A DNA stretch of 64,000 nucleotides from Phaeosaccion multiseriatum (lineage: Eukaryota > Protista > Ochrophyta, other classes). A model generated the notes under the pieces. The model searched no databases. It was given only the letters and a program-made list of their open reading frames with translations, and was not told the origin of the DNA. Location of the stretch: positions 1,488,001-1,552,000 of the forward strand of contig OZ218950.1 of the NCBI GenBank assembly GCA_965112735.1, read 5' to 3'. Shown here one piece after another: positions 12,201 to 26,300 of this stretch (its first letter is position 1; each line of letters opens with the position of its first letter). The position numbers and the translations under genes were made by a program.

Positions 12201-14894
12201 CTTTGACATGCCGCACCACATTTTGCCCGGAGGAGAGCAGCCCACGCGAGAGCAGGTATGGAGTGTATGTGTGTAGGTGGGCATTTGGGGATCAATGGGG
12301 GGGAGATTGTTCGGGGAGAAGGAGAGAGAGTATATAGAGCATGCAATGGCTGGGTGCGCTTTGAGTCTCTTTGCCTTGGGTCGCAACCCAACCCCTTCAC
12401 TTCCCTTTCCTCTTTGGCCTTGGGCCCGTTCCCTTTCAGTTGATTGAAACTAACCCAAGGGCATTCTGTTGTAAGATCGAGAGCCTTCCAGAGGTGTCTT
12501 TCCTTTGCGGCTTTTTCTTCGCCTTTAAGTCCCTCTCCCCACCCCCACCTCCATCTTGCCGCAACGAAGTCCAAAAACTAACCAAAGAACAATCCAACCC
12601 ATCAAAAACCACTTTTCCCCATCCGACCCGAAAGGTGATAAACTTTGAGCACAAGCTGCTCGTAAGTAGGGCCTACCGCCTGAGCTTCCCTACGCCCTCT
12701 CTGGTGTTCAATACCGTGGTGGAAAAGTACGGTGTGCCTAAGGACGTTAAGCTGCGGGCGCGTGCGTGCATCAACGGACGGGAGTACACCGATTGCGGGC
12801 TGTGTCTGGACGAGGAGCCGGAGGTGGGTATGGGTATGGAGGGTATAGAGGAGGCGGGGGGGAGGGGCTGGATGGATGCGTACGGGCTGGTGTTGATTTC
12901 GGATGGAGGCGTACGGGCTGGTGTTGATTTCGGATGGAGGCGTACGGGCTGGTGTTGATTTCGGATGGAGGCGTACGGGCTGGTGTTGATTTCGGAAGGA
13001 TGCGTACGGGCTGGTGTTGATTTCGGATGGAGGCATACGGGCTGGTATTTTAGCTTCGTGTGCGGTGGGCTAGCCCGTCTGTGTGTTGGAGAGAGAAAGA
13101 AAGGCGTGTGCTGTGCTGTGCTGTGCTGTGCATATCTGTGCTGCTCTCAGAATCTCAAGGTGTGTGAGTTCGTCGTGGTACCTACCTATCGACCGCATCC
13201 TACCTTCCTATCTAACCTGCTTACCCAACTACCCACCTATCTGCCTCCTACCTACCTACCTACCTACCTATTTTTCTACCTCTACCTACCTACTACATCT
13301 GTCTACCTTCCTACCTACCTATCTTCCTCACTATCCACCGACCTACCAACCTATCTGCCTACCTATCCCTCTTCCTCTTCACTTCACTCTTCTCCTTCTC
13401 CTTCTCCTCCTCCTCCTCAGGTGATTGTGTGCGCGTGCTTGAGGCTTGCTCAGGCGTCGTCCGAGGGGGGGGTGCCTGCACAGAAGTCTCCTGACTACTG
13501 GGCCAAGTGAGTAGATGGCAGTAGATGGCAGGGGGCAAGTGAGTAGATGGCAGGGTGGCAATGAGTAGACGGCAACGGAGGGGGGCAGCCGAAAGAAGGG
13601 CATTGATTATTTGCGGGCTGAGTGCCTGGAGGGAGTGGAGGAAGGAGGTGTGGTGTTGAGGGGGGGAAGGAAAGTAGACACGGCGCTACACGCATGGCTG
13701 ACTGGCCCTTCTCTCTTCTCTCTTCCCTCTTCCCTTCCCCTCCCTTCCCTCACGCACGCACGCACGCATCCCCACAGGCAAATGGACCTGGACGCGCAGA
13801 AAGTGATGAATGTCGCGCAGAGACTCGCCAAGAACGTGGGGCGAGTCACCGAGATTGAAAAGAAGCAGCACTTCATGCACGCAGACATCAGGGGGGTGGA
13901 CCCCTCCGCCTCCTCCTCCTCCTCAGCGGCGGGAGCAGGAGGAAGAGGAGGAGGAGAGAGGGCAAGTGCTGCGAGTGGGGGTGGAGGTGGTGGCGGAAAC
14001 GGTAACGGTAATAACGGTCACCACCACCAATCCGTCCACCTCTCTGGGCAGAAGCGAAAGTCGAGGAGCTCGAGTTTCGGTGGTGGTGGTGGTGGTGGTG
14101 GTGCTGCTGCTGCTGCCAATGGGAGTACTCCTACGGATGGTAAGGGTGCTGCGGGCTTTGCATGGGGAAGCGGTGGCGGTGGTGGAAGCAGCTCCGCTGG
14201 CAAGGCAGCAGCAGAGGGAGCAGGAGGAGGAGCAGCAATTGGAGCATCAGAGAGGAAGGGTAAGGGAAAGTCCCTTTCGAGTAGCAAGAAGAGTCAGGCA
14301 GCCTCTTCGGACTCCTTCCAGCTGGTCGCGGCAGATGAGTTGAACGAAGGAGCCAAGGCAACAGCGGGCAGCAGCAGCCTTGACAGCAGCAGCAGCAGCA
14401 GCAGCAGCGCCAGCAAGAGTCGGAAGGAGAGGAGGACCAGCGGAGTAAGCCGTAGCGCCAGCAAGGGAGACAGCCTCGGAGCAGTGCGCTCCCCAGCAGC
14501 GAAGGCCAAGAAGGCTCGGCGCCCTTCGTCCTCAGGGGGCAAGGGCAAGAGGGGCAGGGTCGGGGCAGGTGGTGGCGAGAGCGAGGGCGAGGCCGAAGCA
14601 GCGCTAGAGGAGCCGGCACACAAGTTCCAGCGGCTCATGGAGCAGCAGGCGTTGATGCAGCAGGACCAAGACCGTTTGCACGCTACCTCAGACCACTCCG
14701 ATGACGGCGAGAGAGGAGCGGTGGGGGCGAGAGCAGGGGGCAAGCGAGGGGGGGGGGGGGGCTCTGGCGGGGCTGCTCAGCCCCCTGTCGACCTCGACGC
14801 GCTCTTCTCTGTGACGGTCAAGAGCAACGACGAAGACGACAAGGGGGGCGGCGGTGCGCCGTCGGGGCTGCCCAAGGAGCTACTGGGCCTATGA
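6253..14894 (+). CDS. Very large protein: N-terminal helical CID-like domain, long charged RE/RD low-complexity region, C-terminal transcription-type cyclin (cyclin K/T/L/Q-like) fold; two apparent -1 frameshifts
   Basis: Approximate exons: 6253-6591, 6916-6990, 7292-7510, 7698-12255, 12634-12823, 13421-13506, 13778-14894. Cyclin box: LIRVVADAMKLSIRHVHTAFHLFHHF...ACLFLAGKAED...VINFEHKLL...P. Second cyclin repeat: LCL..EPEVIVCACLRLA. The frame changes near 9490-9506 and 11231 without splice signals, so a single gene is inferred. Confidence 0.6.
12870..13050. repeat. Intronic 31-bp minisatellite, ~5.7 copies
   Basis: Unit GGATGGAGGCGTACGGGCTGGTGTTGATTTC tandemly repeated from 12870 with few substitutions and no spacers. 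Confidence 0.95.
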
Positions 14895-16129
14895 GGAGGG
14901 GAAGGCGGCGGGGCTACCAGCGATTGATTTGAGAGGAGGGGCAGAAGAGGTCCCTCTTTCTGGCCGCCTTCGAACTCTGTATTGTAATGAAAAGAATGGC
15001 AGCTCCTCCTTTTTTTGTTTCACCACTCTCTCTCAACTATCCTTCACCCACACTGCCCACCCACCACCAGCCAGCCCCTTCTTGGGTCGATGTTGGGCAT
15101 TGAGTATTACGATGTGTGCGCTGTGTCGCCTTGGTCAGAGCTGCCTTCCACATCGGGTGGGTCTAAAATTTGTGTGTTTTTTGTTTTTTTTTGCCGTTTT
15201 TTTATTTGAGGCCCAAATTGTGAAGGAATAGCGAGGTCGATATTTGATATTTCCTTTTTATTTTTTCTTGCTTCGCTGCTCTGCGCCGAGCAAAGGAAGG
15301 GAATGTGAGCTTGGTCTTGGGGGCCTACTTCCCCATCGATAGATGTCTCTAGTCGGTTTACTGGAAAGAAGCAACCCCGTCTTTGCTTTTTCCCTTTTTT
15401 CCACCTCCATTTCCTCCTCCCCCATGAGTCTACTATATATAGCTGCTCAGCAATCACGTTTTGGCACTGTGAGAATACTTCGTGCGCGGTATAGTGTGCA
15501 GAGCCCTGCTCATTCCTCTCTCTCTCTCTCTCTCTCTTCTCTCCCTCTCTCTCCAGTAGAGGGCTGGCCAGCAGATGGTAGACCGCCAGCAGCCGCCAGC
15601 ACCCCCCCCCCCAGCAAATGGAGAGCTTTGGAGAGGTGGAAGGAAGATACCAGATGCAGATCTTATTTCACCTACTCCCGTCTCTAAGTTGGACGAGTTA
15701 TCGCTCTATTGAGAAAAAGAAAAAATGGTATGGCCGGCATTGCTGCCCACTACCCCGCGTCCCTCGTACTTGCTTCTCTGGACACTAATGCAACCCCTTG
15801 CCTCTATCCTCCCTAGCTTCCTTGTCCAAATGCAACCCCTTCTGCTGACGGACGCAAATGTCCAACCGCAAAAAGTCCGTATAAATTGATGTTGCCTTGA
15901 CCGTTACCTTTCAAATGCAGAAAAATCTGACACATCGCCACCCACGACTTTTTTTTCATGACTCAGAAGTCGATTTCTCAGCGAAAAAACACGACCGTGC
16001 ACCACCAAAGAGGCGAGACAGACAGACAGAGGGAGACCGTGAAGGACACATTTTGACAAAGAGAGAGAGACAGAGAGAGATAGAGAAGGGTGAGGGGGAC
16101 ATAGGGAGAGTGGTAGCCGCGGCCGCGGG

Positions 16130-17318
16130 ATGGTGTTGAAGAGGCCGAACTGCGTGTCACCCTTCGTCAGACGGACGAGTACAGGTGGATCAGCGGTGGC
16201 GGCAGGGGGGCGGGCGGGTGTAGAGGTGTGCCCAGACGCTGGGAAAGCTGGGGAGGAGCGGGTTCCTTCGGTTTGTGCGCAGCAGAAGATGGAAGTCTCC
16301 TTGGCGCCCACGGGGGCCGCGCGTTCCAGTGGGAGGAAGAGAAAAATGAGCATCAGTAGTAGCAGCAGCAGGGGCGAGGATGGGAAAGCTAGCAGCAACC
16401 CCAGCAGCAGGAGGAGAGTGACGGAAGAGGGCGAGGGGCCGTCGTCCCCGCTGCCGTCCAGCGTAGGCGACGACGATGGCGGAGGCTTGGTGTCTCCAGT
16501 GCCATCAGCAGCAGCAGCAGCAGCAGCAGCTGTGAGTGGGGTGGAGCCCAAGGAGGAGACCCTGGCCAAGCTCAATCCCTTGATGGAGCACATGCCCACC
16601 ACGGTGCACCCGGAAGTGTTTTTGCATGGCATTTTGCGAGAGAGGGGCTACGAAACCACGGTAGTGTCCACCCTAGACTGCCCGAGGTTCCACCAGGAGC
16701 CCAGCGTCGCCAGCGTCGAGGGCTACAACATGGAGATTGTGCAGGCCGTGCGCGACAACGACGTGAGCAAGTTGCTGGCCATGCAGGCGGCCGGGCACAA
16801 GCTGCTCGTCTGCAACAAGTTTGGCGAGTCCATCATGCACATGTCCTGCAGAAGGTAAGGGGATTGACCACACTCACTAGTTGTTAGCAGCAGGTTTCTC
16901 TCATTCATTGTTGTTTAACGCCGTGCTTTCTGCCATTTATCCTCTTTCACACAGGGGAAATGCCGACACGCTGTCGCTGCTCATCAGCAACGGGGCGGAG
17001 GTGACCATCAGCGACGACTTTGGCCGCACTCCTCTACACGATGCGTTTTGGGCCTCTGAACCGTCCGTGGACGTTGTATCCATGCTGCTCAGGCTGGACT
17101 TGCGTCTCTTGAGACTGCGAGATCGCAGGGGTTACACTCCTCTGCAGTACGTGCGACCGCAACACTGGCAGCTGTGGAATGCCTTCTTCTTCCTACGCAA
17201 GGATGAGTTTTGGAGCTACCTGACGGCTGGGGAGAAGGATCCCGCGGGGGGGCTAGGCATGGAGGTGGAGTTGGGCAAAGGCAAGGGCGAGGGTGCAGCG
17301 ACCATGGCTATTGCCTAA
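16130..17318 (+). CDS. Ankyrin-repeat protein (heterokont-type), 2 exons
   Basis: Exons 16130-16854 and 16955-17318. Ankyrin motifs NKFGESIMHMSCRRG, DDFGRTPLHDAFW and DRRGYTPLQYV. Confidence 0.85.
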
Positions 17319-18272
17319 GGACAGGGTCCACAGACAGAAGCGGCGGCAGCAGCAGTAGCTGTAGCAAGTCGCAGCCAGGCTGGTGGACGAGGATGGACGA
17401 CGCTCTCTCTCTTGAGGGTCTCGTCTCGAGGGGGCGGGGGGGGGGGAGCTCGATGCATCCCTCATTATATACTTTCGATGTTTATACAAGGAAATTTGGG
17501 GCCGGCACCACCGGAGCTTGACTGACCACCTTCACCTCGTTTGAAGCGGGGGAGGGACAGGAAAGGAAGCGACCGGAAGGAATGGTGTGTGTGTATGTGC
17601 GGGGGGGTTGGGGATAAGGGGTCTTACGCCTTGTTTGCTTATTTTGAAAAAGGAATCCACCGCCGAGATTGCTCGCGGTGTGAAGCCTTCAGAGCAGACA
17701 GAGGGGGGGAAGACTCGTGCTGTGACGGTGCGTATGTCGAGGCAAGGTCGTCGGAAGCGTCGTTCTGACCGTCGACCGGGCCTTGAGGAGGACGTGTGGC
17801 CAGCCAAGGAGGGAGAGAGTGGACGGGGCGGGGCGGGAGGAGCGTACAGACACGTTACAGAAACGTTTGTTGATGTTGTGTGTCTGCATGTGTTCCTCTG
17901 CGTTGTTTTGTGAGGGCCCGTGGCGCTGGAGTTTCGGTTTTGGTTTGGTTGTCGTGCCTCGTGCACCGGCAGAAGAGTCACTCACTTGGGATGAGTGGGT
18001 GACTCGATTATAAATAGGCGTATGGCGATGGATATAAACATATAATAGAGTGCATATAGACGCCCATAATTCTTTTTCTTCGTCACAGTTCGTAAGAAAT
18101 CTCCCAGCGAAGACGTGATGTATGTGCCCAAGTGAGCAGAGCACACGGTTAGATATACATTATAGCGACTGTAACTATTGCCTAACCTCCACCCCCTCCC
18201 CCTCTATCATATGATATTAACCCTGTATCGTAACTAAATGCGTAACTGTGTATGTAAGATTACGCAGTCACA

Positions 18273-20620
18273 TCAATCAAAGAGCATGGCCTTGCTGAGC
18301 GCGCCATCGCCCCCACCCCTACTGCTTGAGGCGCCCCCATCACCGCCACCTCCACTCCCGCTGCCACCGCCTGCTACTGAGGCATCTTGGCTGCTGTCCT
18401 GGCTGTCCTGGACTGCCGTCACAGCTCTGTTGAGAATGTCGAAAATGCCTTTGGCCATGACTCCTGCACTACTTGCCATACTCGGCATGTGGCCCAGGGG
18501 AATGCTTTCGGTGCCCTCCTACGTCAAAGAGAGAGAGAGGGGGGGGGGAGGGGCGGGAAGATAGAAGGCGCGGCGCCACAGCGGAGGCGCGGGGTGTGTT
18601 TCAGTTTCAGTTTCAGTTTATTGACCTCGACCATAGGTGAAAGGAAGGGACGGGAACCTCTTCGTCAGTGTGAAGAAGTCGTGGCTTCCTTCCTTTTTCC
18701 TTCCTTCTCCTAACACGCCCCTGACACGCACGCACGCACCCACCCACCTTGTGAATACCGCACAAGACGCCCTTCCTGTTGACTGCCATGCACACACGCG
18801 CACCCACCACGGACTCCTCCTCGATACTGGTGTCGGCAAGGAACATCTGCCCGATCTGAGCGTGCGTGCGTGTGTGTGTGAGTTTGTGTGTGTGAGAGAG
18901 AGAGAGAGAGGGGGATTGAATGACACACACGATAACCCCTTGCCGACGCACGCTTTTGCGTACCTTAGAGAGCGAGATGACGATGGGAAGCATGTCCGCC
19001 CCTCGAATGCGTTCTGCACTCTGAAAGTCTCCCGATAGTTCAAAGTCGTCCTCCTTGCCCCCCTCTCCGGCAAGGATGGACACCTGCAAGCGTCCGACCC
19101 GAGCCCAAGAGACGAACGAGAGAGGGGCGGAGAGAGAGGGTGAGTGAGAGACAGAGAGAGTGAGAGAGAGAAGGGAGGGAGGGAGGGAGGGAGGGAGGGA
19201 GGGAGGGAGGGAGGGAGCGAGGGCTGGAGAAACAAAGGGAGGAGTGAGTGAGGAAGGGGAGGGAGTGGAGGTAAAGATACGTACCTTCGGTACCAACGTC
19301 GTATTGATGGCCACGTAGGAAGCGAAGGAGGCGGCATCCAGCAGGTTTCCGTCCGCTTGCAATACCTGATACACACACATAAGATACTGGCTCCTTGAGC
19401 AGGTGACCTCCACTCACTCACTCACCCACTCACTCATTCATTCATTCACTCACTCACTCACTCACTCACTCACTCAATCACTCATATTCTGAGAAAGTCA
19501 GTAGCAAACGAGTTAGTCCGCTTTACCATACAACTCACTCACTCACCAGCACGTCAACAAAGACGACCCAGCAGAACTTGCCGGGGATGATGCACAGCTC
19601 GCGCAGGTTGATGGACCCGCTGCCCATCAGCGCCCTCCCTAGTGCAAGGCTCATGGCGGCATTCAGCTCACTGATCGCACAGCACAGCACGGCACAGCAC
19701 AGGAGAGCAGAGCAGAGCAGAGCAGTTGGTGATACGGAGCAGAGCACAGAGGTAGGTGGGAATTGAGAGGCGTCACGTGTTGGTGTTGGTGTTGGGTGGT
19801 TAATGGACGACAAAAGGACGAGACAGGGGCTTCAGGTGTCGTCACTGGAGAACGGAACCTTTTGGACCCATTGGGCGGGGGGGGGGGTATGGGGAGAAAG
19901 GAAGAGAGGGCACGCACAAGGAGCTCAGGATAATTATGGTAGGGAGTGAGTGAGTGAGCAAGCCAAGCTGCTGCGAACACAGGAGGGAGACGGCAACCGA
20001 CATACGACCACCACCGGACCTGCTGGATCGATCGTCGAACTTTGGGAACAGGCTGTTGCTGCACTCCACACTGCACTCTATTCGGCCCTCATCAGGGCTC
20101 GCCGCCGAAGGCTCCCCCACCTCCACCTGCCCGCGTGTGGGCAAAGAGAAACGAGCGGAGAGCAAAAGGAGGTACAGCGCACAACCCATGTCAAAGAAGG
20201 AAGCCAACGTGCACACAAAAACCTTGCTTGCTGGTTCTTTGGAGACCCATAATCGCTCGACAGCATAGTGTGCGTGAGGAGAAGCATTAACGCCTCTGTC
20301 TCTCTCTCTCTCTCGCATGCATAGCCCTGCCTCTCCATTGTGTGTCCGGAGTAGCACTTTTGCCCCGTCTCTCTGTCCCTTGTGTGCACAGGCATCTCCA
20401 ACATAGCCTCCGCGCACCTCACCTTGACAGCCGCTAGTACATCGGTTCCATTGTGCGCAATGGTGACTCTACACGACCCGTTGGCCTGTGCGAGTACGTC
20501 GCCCTGCACAGCCACTCGGCGGTAGTCCAGCCGGCCCCTCCCGTCTGCCCTGAGGTCTTGCTCCACCCCGAGCGAGATGTACTCCTGTTCACTTACAGAC
20601 GTCGCCAGACCAACTAACAT
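18273..20620 (-). CDS. RRP42: Exosome complex subunit RRP42 (RNase PH fold), ~7 exons
   Basis: EQEYISLGVEQDLRADGRGRLDYR, ANGSCRV, TDVLAAVKVEVGEP, LCIIPGKFCWVVFVDVL, DGNLLDAASFA, LPIVISLSKIG, D.SIEEE. An alternative in-frame ATG lies at 20632. Confidence 0.92.
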
Positions 20621-20954
20621 GTCCCTCTGCATGATTGGACGCGATGCGATGTCCTGTAATCTATACTATTGCTGCTGTAATCTAGTCTATTGCTGCTGAT
20701 CCGGTCGAAGCGACATGGTCGATACTCGAAATGCTCACGTGCTGCTGCGGCAGGACCCAATGCTGCCACTCAGGCCCTTGCCTTGCTCATCAAGCCTTGA
20801 CCCACATCCCTGATTCGTCGATAGGGTGAGCAATGGAAGACGGAGGGAGCGAAGATAGAGGGAGAGAGGGAGTCATCTTGCTGAGGGCTGGGCCATTGAC
20901 ATAAAAATGCACTCCCTTTTTTTCTTTCTCCTCTGTCCTCTCTCCGTGCTTGCT

Positions 20955-22272
20955 ATGAACGAAGCAGAGAATGGGAATAACATATGGTGAGAGCGTGTGC
21001 TGACAATAATCCTATCCGGTCCAGGGCTGAAGATCTAACTTCTTCTTCCTTCTTCCTCGAAATCCTGGGTACCTCATTGGGGTCTATCTCTTCTCTTTGT
21101 TCTGGTCTCTTCTGCGCCCCGCCCCCCCACGCAGGACCGCCGCGAGTGATGGAGACTTGGAGAGGGTGAAGGCGTATATAGATAGCGGGGCTCATGCTAT
21201 CAATGCACAGGACGCACAAGGCTACTCTCCTCTGTAAGTGGGTGAAGCAAGCAGGCCCACCATCGGATGCAATGGAGATTTCCTCGCAAAGTACTCAATT
21301 CTCATTCTAGCTGCTATTCTGTTGCTCTGTTCCTGGAGAAATAGTGTCACAATGAGACTTGGGAGGGAGGGAAAGTTTGTTCCTATTGGCTGATGGCACC
21401 CTCCTTCCTCCTTCCTCCCCACTCGATGTTCTTCTCTCTCGCCTCCTTTCCTCGCGCTCTCACAGCGCTGCAGCAGCGTCATACGGACACGTGGAAATGG
21501 TGCAGTGGCTGCTGGACAACGGTGCAGACGTGAACATCAAGGACAACGATGGAGATCGACCCCTTCATCACTGCGAGGACCCAGCCATGGCCCAGGTGTG
21601 TAAGAAGACAAGAAGGAAGAACATACCTTTAATGTAGACTAATACTGAACCACGGAATCACTGGGGGAGGTTTTCGTTGAGCAAAAGGACGCACGCTTAC
21701 AGGTATATATATGTATGTATGTGTGTGTGTCGTCTTTCATCTCTCCGCACAGTATACAAAATACTATGATCCACCATGTACACGCGCACCATGCGAGCAG
21801 TGTGTGCATGTACGGCATATGGTCACACTGTGGATTATTCTGTTCGGTTCTGATACATGTTCTGTTCGGTTCTTACTCCCCTCCCCTCTTCCCATTTGTT
21901 CAATAGATGCTCATTACCGGAGGGGCCGATGTGCATGCGGTCAACAACGAAAATCAGACGGTGAGCATGGCACAGCACAGCACAGCACAGATAGGCCCCC
22001 CATCCCCCTCGCCACCCCCACCGCTTGCTATTCATCTTTCCTCACCCACCTCTTTATCCCAACCTCCGACAGCCCCAGCAGGCAGCGGAGGAGAATGAAG
22101 ATCTAAACATGGCTCTCTTCTTCAGTGGTGAGTGAGTCGCAGAGGCTGACTTTGCTGACTTAGTGAGAGGGGTCAGGGTCTCTCTCTCTCTCTTTTCAGG
22201 GTTTGTTTTCCGTGATGACAGAGCGCTGCCACCACCACCACCACCTCACTCAGCTGATGCTACTGCTACTGC

Positions 22273-22311
<39 letters not shown>

Positions 22312-22458
22312 CGCCAATTGTGTGTGTCCTCGGCGGTTCTGTCTTGTTGCTTGTTGCCCCTCTTCTCGTCGTCAGGCGTAACGGGTGTGGAAGTAAGAAG
22401 AATAGAAGATAACGCGGATGCCGAAAACGAAGGCTTGATGAGCACAGCAGAGGAATGA
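20955..22458 (+). CDS. Small ankyrin-repeat protein (yeast YCR051W-like), ~6 exons
   Basis: Spliced product [26 protein letters not shown]...[46 protein letters not shown]...[14 protein letters not shown]. All junctions are GT-AG. Confidence 0.8.
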
Positions 22459-23324
22459 GTCAAGGAGGTGAGGTCACCGCTGGGCAGAGAAGAAAGAAAA
22501 AACACATAGCCCCCCTCTGTTATGAATAGGAGTGGAGAGGAGAAGAGAGGAGAAGAGGGGCAAGAGACAAGCTCACAACTGGCCAACCCCATAGGAGACT
22601 CAGGTTTGTTTACCGCAGACGGCCGACAGAACGGGACGGGACGGCCTTGGGCTCACCTCGCTGCCTTTGCTCTGTTGAGTCAAGTTGGGCTCACCTTGCT
22701 GCCCATTATTCTCTGTTGAGGCAAGTCCCATCAAGGACGCGCGTAGTAGCGCGAAGTTTATTGCCGAAGCCAATAGGGAAAAGAAGGTGGGGGGCGATAG
22801 GAGTGACCCGATTGACCAACCCAAGTAAGGCGATTTGCACATCCGTTGCGGCGAGGGTGCATGCGTGAGCGCAGAAGACAACGACCCTACGACGTATCCA
22901 TTGGGATAGATACATGTACACAAAAAAGAAATTTTAAAAGTGAATGCGTCCCACGTCGAATAGAGTATACCATCCATATACATTATACATCATCACTAGA
23001 GCCTGTCGCAAATGGCTCCATCCTCATTGTCCTCTCTTCCATTCAATGCTGCCACCGATACCCACCGCCGCCACGGCTCCGTGCTAATCCGTAAATGCGC
23101 CGCTCCTTCTCCTGCCGCAACCACAGGGTATGCAGAACAACCCACAGACAAAGAGAAGACACCTTCACCTTCTCGTTCTCCTTCCTCCATCTTCCATATT
23201 TCCCAGCACACAGCAAAGACCAGGCCTCACGACTCATGCCTTACACCCTTCGGCCTTCTACTTGGAGGTCACCTTTGTGATTGTGAATATGTGAACACGC
23301 CTCTACCTTCACCCTCAAGCCTTG

Positions 23325-26300
23325 CTACTTGGAGGCCACTTTGTGCAGCATCGACTCCTTGTTTATAAGGTGACATGTCCTCTCCACGAGCCCCAGTAGG
23401 GAGGAGATGTCGTTGTTCCAGCTAGAGAGGATCTCCTCCGCCGGCTGCGGCTTGGCGAACACCACACGGCCGGCCGGTCGGTTGATCTTGGCGTAGAGGC
23501 TTCCCTCGCTCACCTGCAGCAGTTGGTGATACAGGAGTAGCAGCAGCAGGTGATGATCGAGCAAGTTAGTCAGGCAAGGCTCATCAAACGTGCTACTTAC
23601 TTCTCCACACCAGCACGGTTTCCGTTTCTGTTTATTGACCTCGATCAACAAACTCGAACATATCGATACCATGTACCAGCACAGGGTGGAGGAGGGGCAT
23701 ATACACGCACGTACGTAGCACCTCACGTACCATTCCAGACACGTGCGTCTCCGTCTCGTCAAGCTCTAGACCAAGCAACTCGGACAAGCGAGAGCTTCGG
23801 ATCTGTTCACCGAGGAGGAGGAGGAGGAGGAGGAGGAGGAGGAGCAGGAGGTGGTGGTGGAGGAGGAGGAGGTGGTGGAGGAGGAGGAGGTGGTGGTGGT
23901 GGTGGAGGAGGAGGAGGAGCAAGAGGAGCAAGCGGAAGATCACGGGAGATGGGGTGGGGGGGGCGAGGAATGAGAGACCACGCAACACTGTTAAATGATG
24001 AATACACACTGGAGGACTACTTCCATCTTCAAAGATTGCATATCTCGTCAAATAAGATAAGACAAGAGAATACAGAGACAGAGGCAGAGAGGCAAAGCCT
24101 GCATACATGCACGTTGCGAACCTGTGTGTAGTACTTGCTGACGACCCGAATGTTGTGCTGCACCACCCTTGTTTTGAAGTCTTCCTTCCACTTGGTGAGT
24201 AGCTCAGGCCCACCCGTCGAGAGACAGGGGTGGGACTCAAACTGCTCCTGCTCGGCCAGAGGGTAGCCGATAATCTCGGGGGTGGTGAAGAGACGCAAGA
24301 GCTCCTGTTGTCGTTGTTGTTGTTGTCGTTGTCGTTGTTGTTGTTGTTGTGTGGCACACGCACACACGCATATGGAGAGAGAGACGGAGGGGGTGAAAGG
24401 GGTGGGGAGGAGGAGGAGAGGGGAGGGGGCTTTAGTTGACTTACAGGAGAGGGGAGGGGTGGGGTGAGGAAGGGGGTGTGGGTGTTTATATGTGATACGG
24501 GATGAGGACAAGGGGCGATACGCACTCGGAACTGCACAGTCATACGTTGCGTGCCCATACATATATGTATATATATAATATATATATAATACATATCAGG
24601 CAGTGAGTGAGTGAGTGAGTGAGCAGAGAGCAAGATCAAGCTGCACACTGAAACTGAAACTGAAGTGAAACGAAGTGAGCGACTCCCCTCCCTCCCTCCC
24701 CCGCCTTACCTTGTAGGCAGGAAGCTCTTCAAGCTTCGCATCCTTAACCACGCGATAGAGCATGTCCTGCTGCTCGTTGGTGTGCGGACTCAGCACCAAG
24801 AACAACACGGAGCTACTTAGCGCCTCCTTCCACCGCTCCTGGGCAGCGGCCCCTCCCTCTTCCTTCCCCTCCACTGCCATCTCTCCCTCCTTCTCCTCCT
24901 TCTCCTCGCCTGCCTCCTGCACCTTCTTGGTGTTGTAGATGGAGTGGAAGTCGTTACAAAGCTCCCAGGGGTCTTTCTCGTGCGTATTGTACTCCACCAT
25001 GAGCTTGTAGAAGCGCACCTGTTGGAATTATTCATGATTGGTTGTGGCGGGGGCGGGGTAAGGGTGAAGGCATGTGCATTAGGAGCCCTTCGACTGCCTT
25101 TTTTCTCTATCTGTCTTATCTGTCTGACCCGCCTACCCGCCTGGACTGTCTCTCTCTCTGTCTGTCTATCTACTGAGGTGACAGATGCACCTCTTCCTTG
25201 CGCAGAGGCAGGCCTTACAGCACGGCTGTAGGTACGTGCGTACGGCTACGTAGGGACACACAAGGACACAAGAGCCTTCCTCCCTCCCCTCCCTCCCTCC
25301 CTCCACTAACCTTGAGGTCCTGCATGTCCTCATCAAGCATCGTCTTTCGATTGATCTTTCGGCTCTGGATGAGAGCCCGAATGTAGTCCTTCTTTGCCAG
25401 GGTCAGGCGGATCTGTCCAGGGGGGGGGAGGGAAGGGGAGGGGAGGGGAGGGGAGGATAGGAAGGCAGGCAGGAAGGGGGGATGGGGGGGTGGGGGGGGG
25501 AGCAGGCGGGGTGGGGTAGATGGAAGGCATCAGCGAGTGAGCAAGAAAACACTGCATCACGTCATCACGTCACATCCGTCAATCAGTTGCTTAGGCCAAT
25601 CGCTCATCACCTTGTTGTCCATCAGACTGGAGCACCCAATGAATACACCATCATCTTCACTTGACGGGGTGTGGCTGTGTGGCCGGACGAGAACACAGAA
25701 ACCTCCCTCTCCTTCCGCCACCTCCCTCCCTCCCCTTCCCCTTCCCCCATCTCCCTCTCTCTCTCCCCCTCCCTCTCTCACTCCTCACCTGTTCCAAGAT
25801 GAAGTCCGCCTTCTCCTGCTTATCCAACGCCCCGTACGTCTCCACATGCACCTCCTGCAACACGGCCGCCGCCCCCTCAATGTCCCCCTCCTTCTCCTTC
25901 TCATCCGCCAGGAGACGTGTGAGCCTGGCCCTCTCCCCCTCTAAAAAGATTTTGCCGTCCGTAATGTCCCTCAGTGTCACTAGCAGGGCGTTCTGACCCT
26001 CTTTGGTGGGCGGTTCGGCCAACCATGCCGTCGCCTCCTCCACCATTGCCTTCACGGCTTGGCTGTGTTGTCCTGGAGGAGGAGGAGGAGGAGGAAGTGA
26101 GAGATAGAGAGAGACATACAGAGGGTGAGAGAAGAGAGAGCGCGAGAGAGTACAGAGATATATACTCTGCCACCTTGCCTCCACCCACACACTACTCACA
26201 CACACACCTCTCCGTTTGGCCACGAGAGTGAGCGTAGTGTTGAGCTGGTCCCAGTCCTGGCTTGTCCTGCACAGCTTGATCAAGGCGAGCACTACGCGGG

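Noticed and set aside
12870-13050. 31-bp repeats as a CRISPR array
   Set aside because: Head-to-tail copies with no spacers, inside a eukaryotic intron, and no cas genes.
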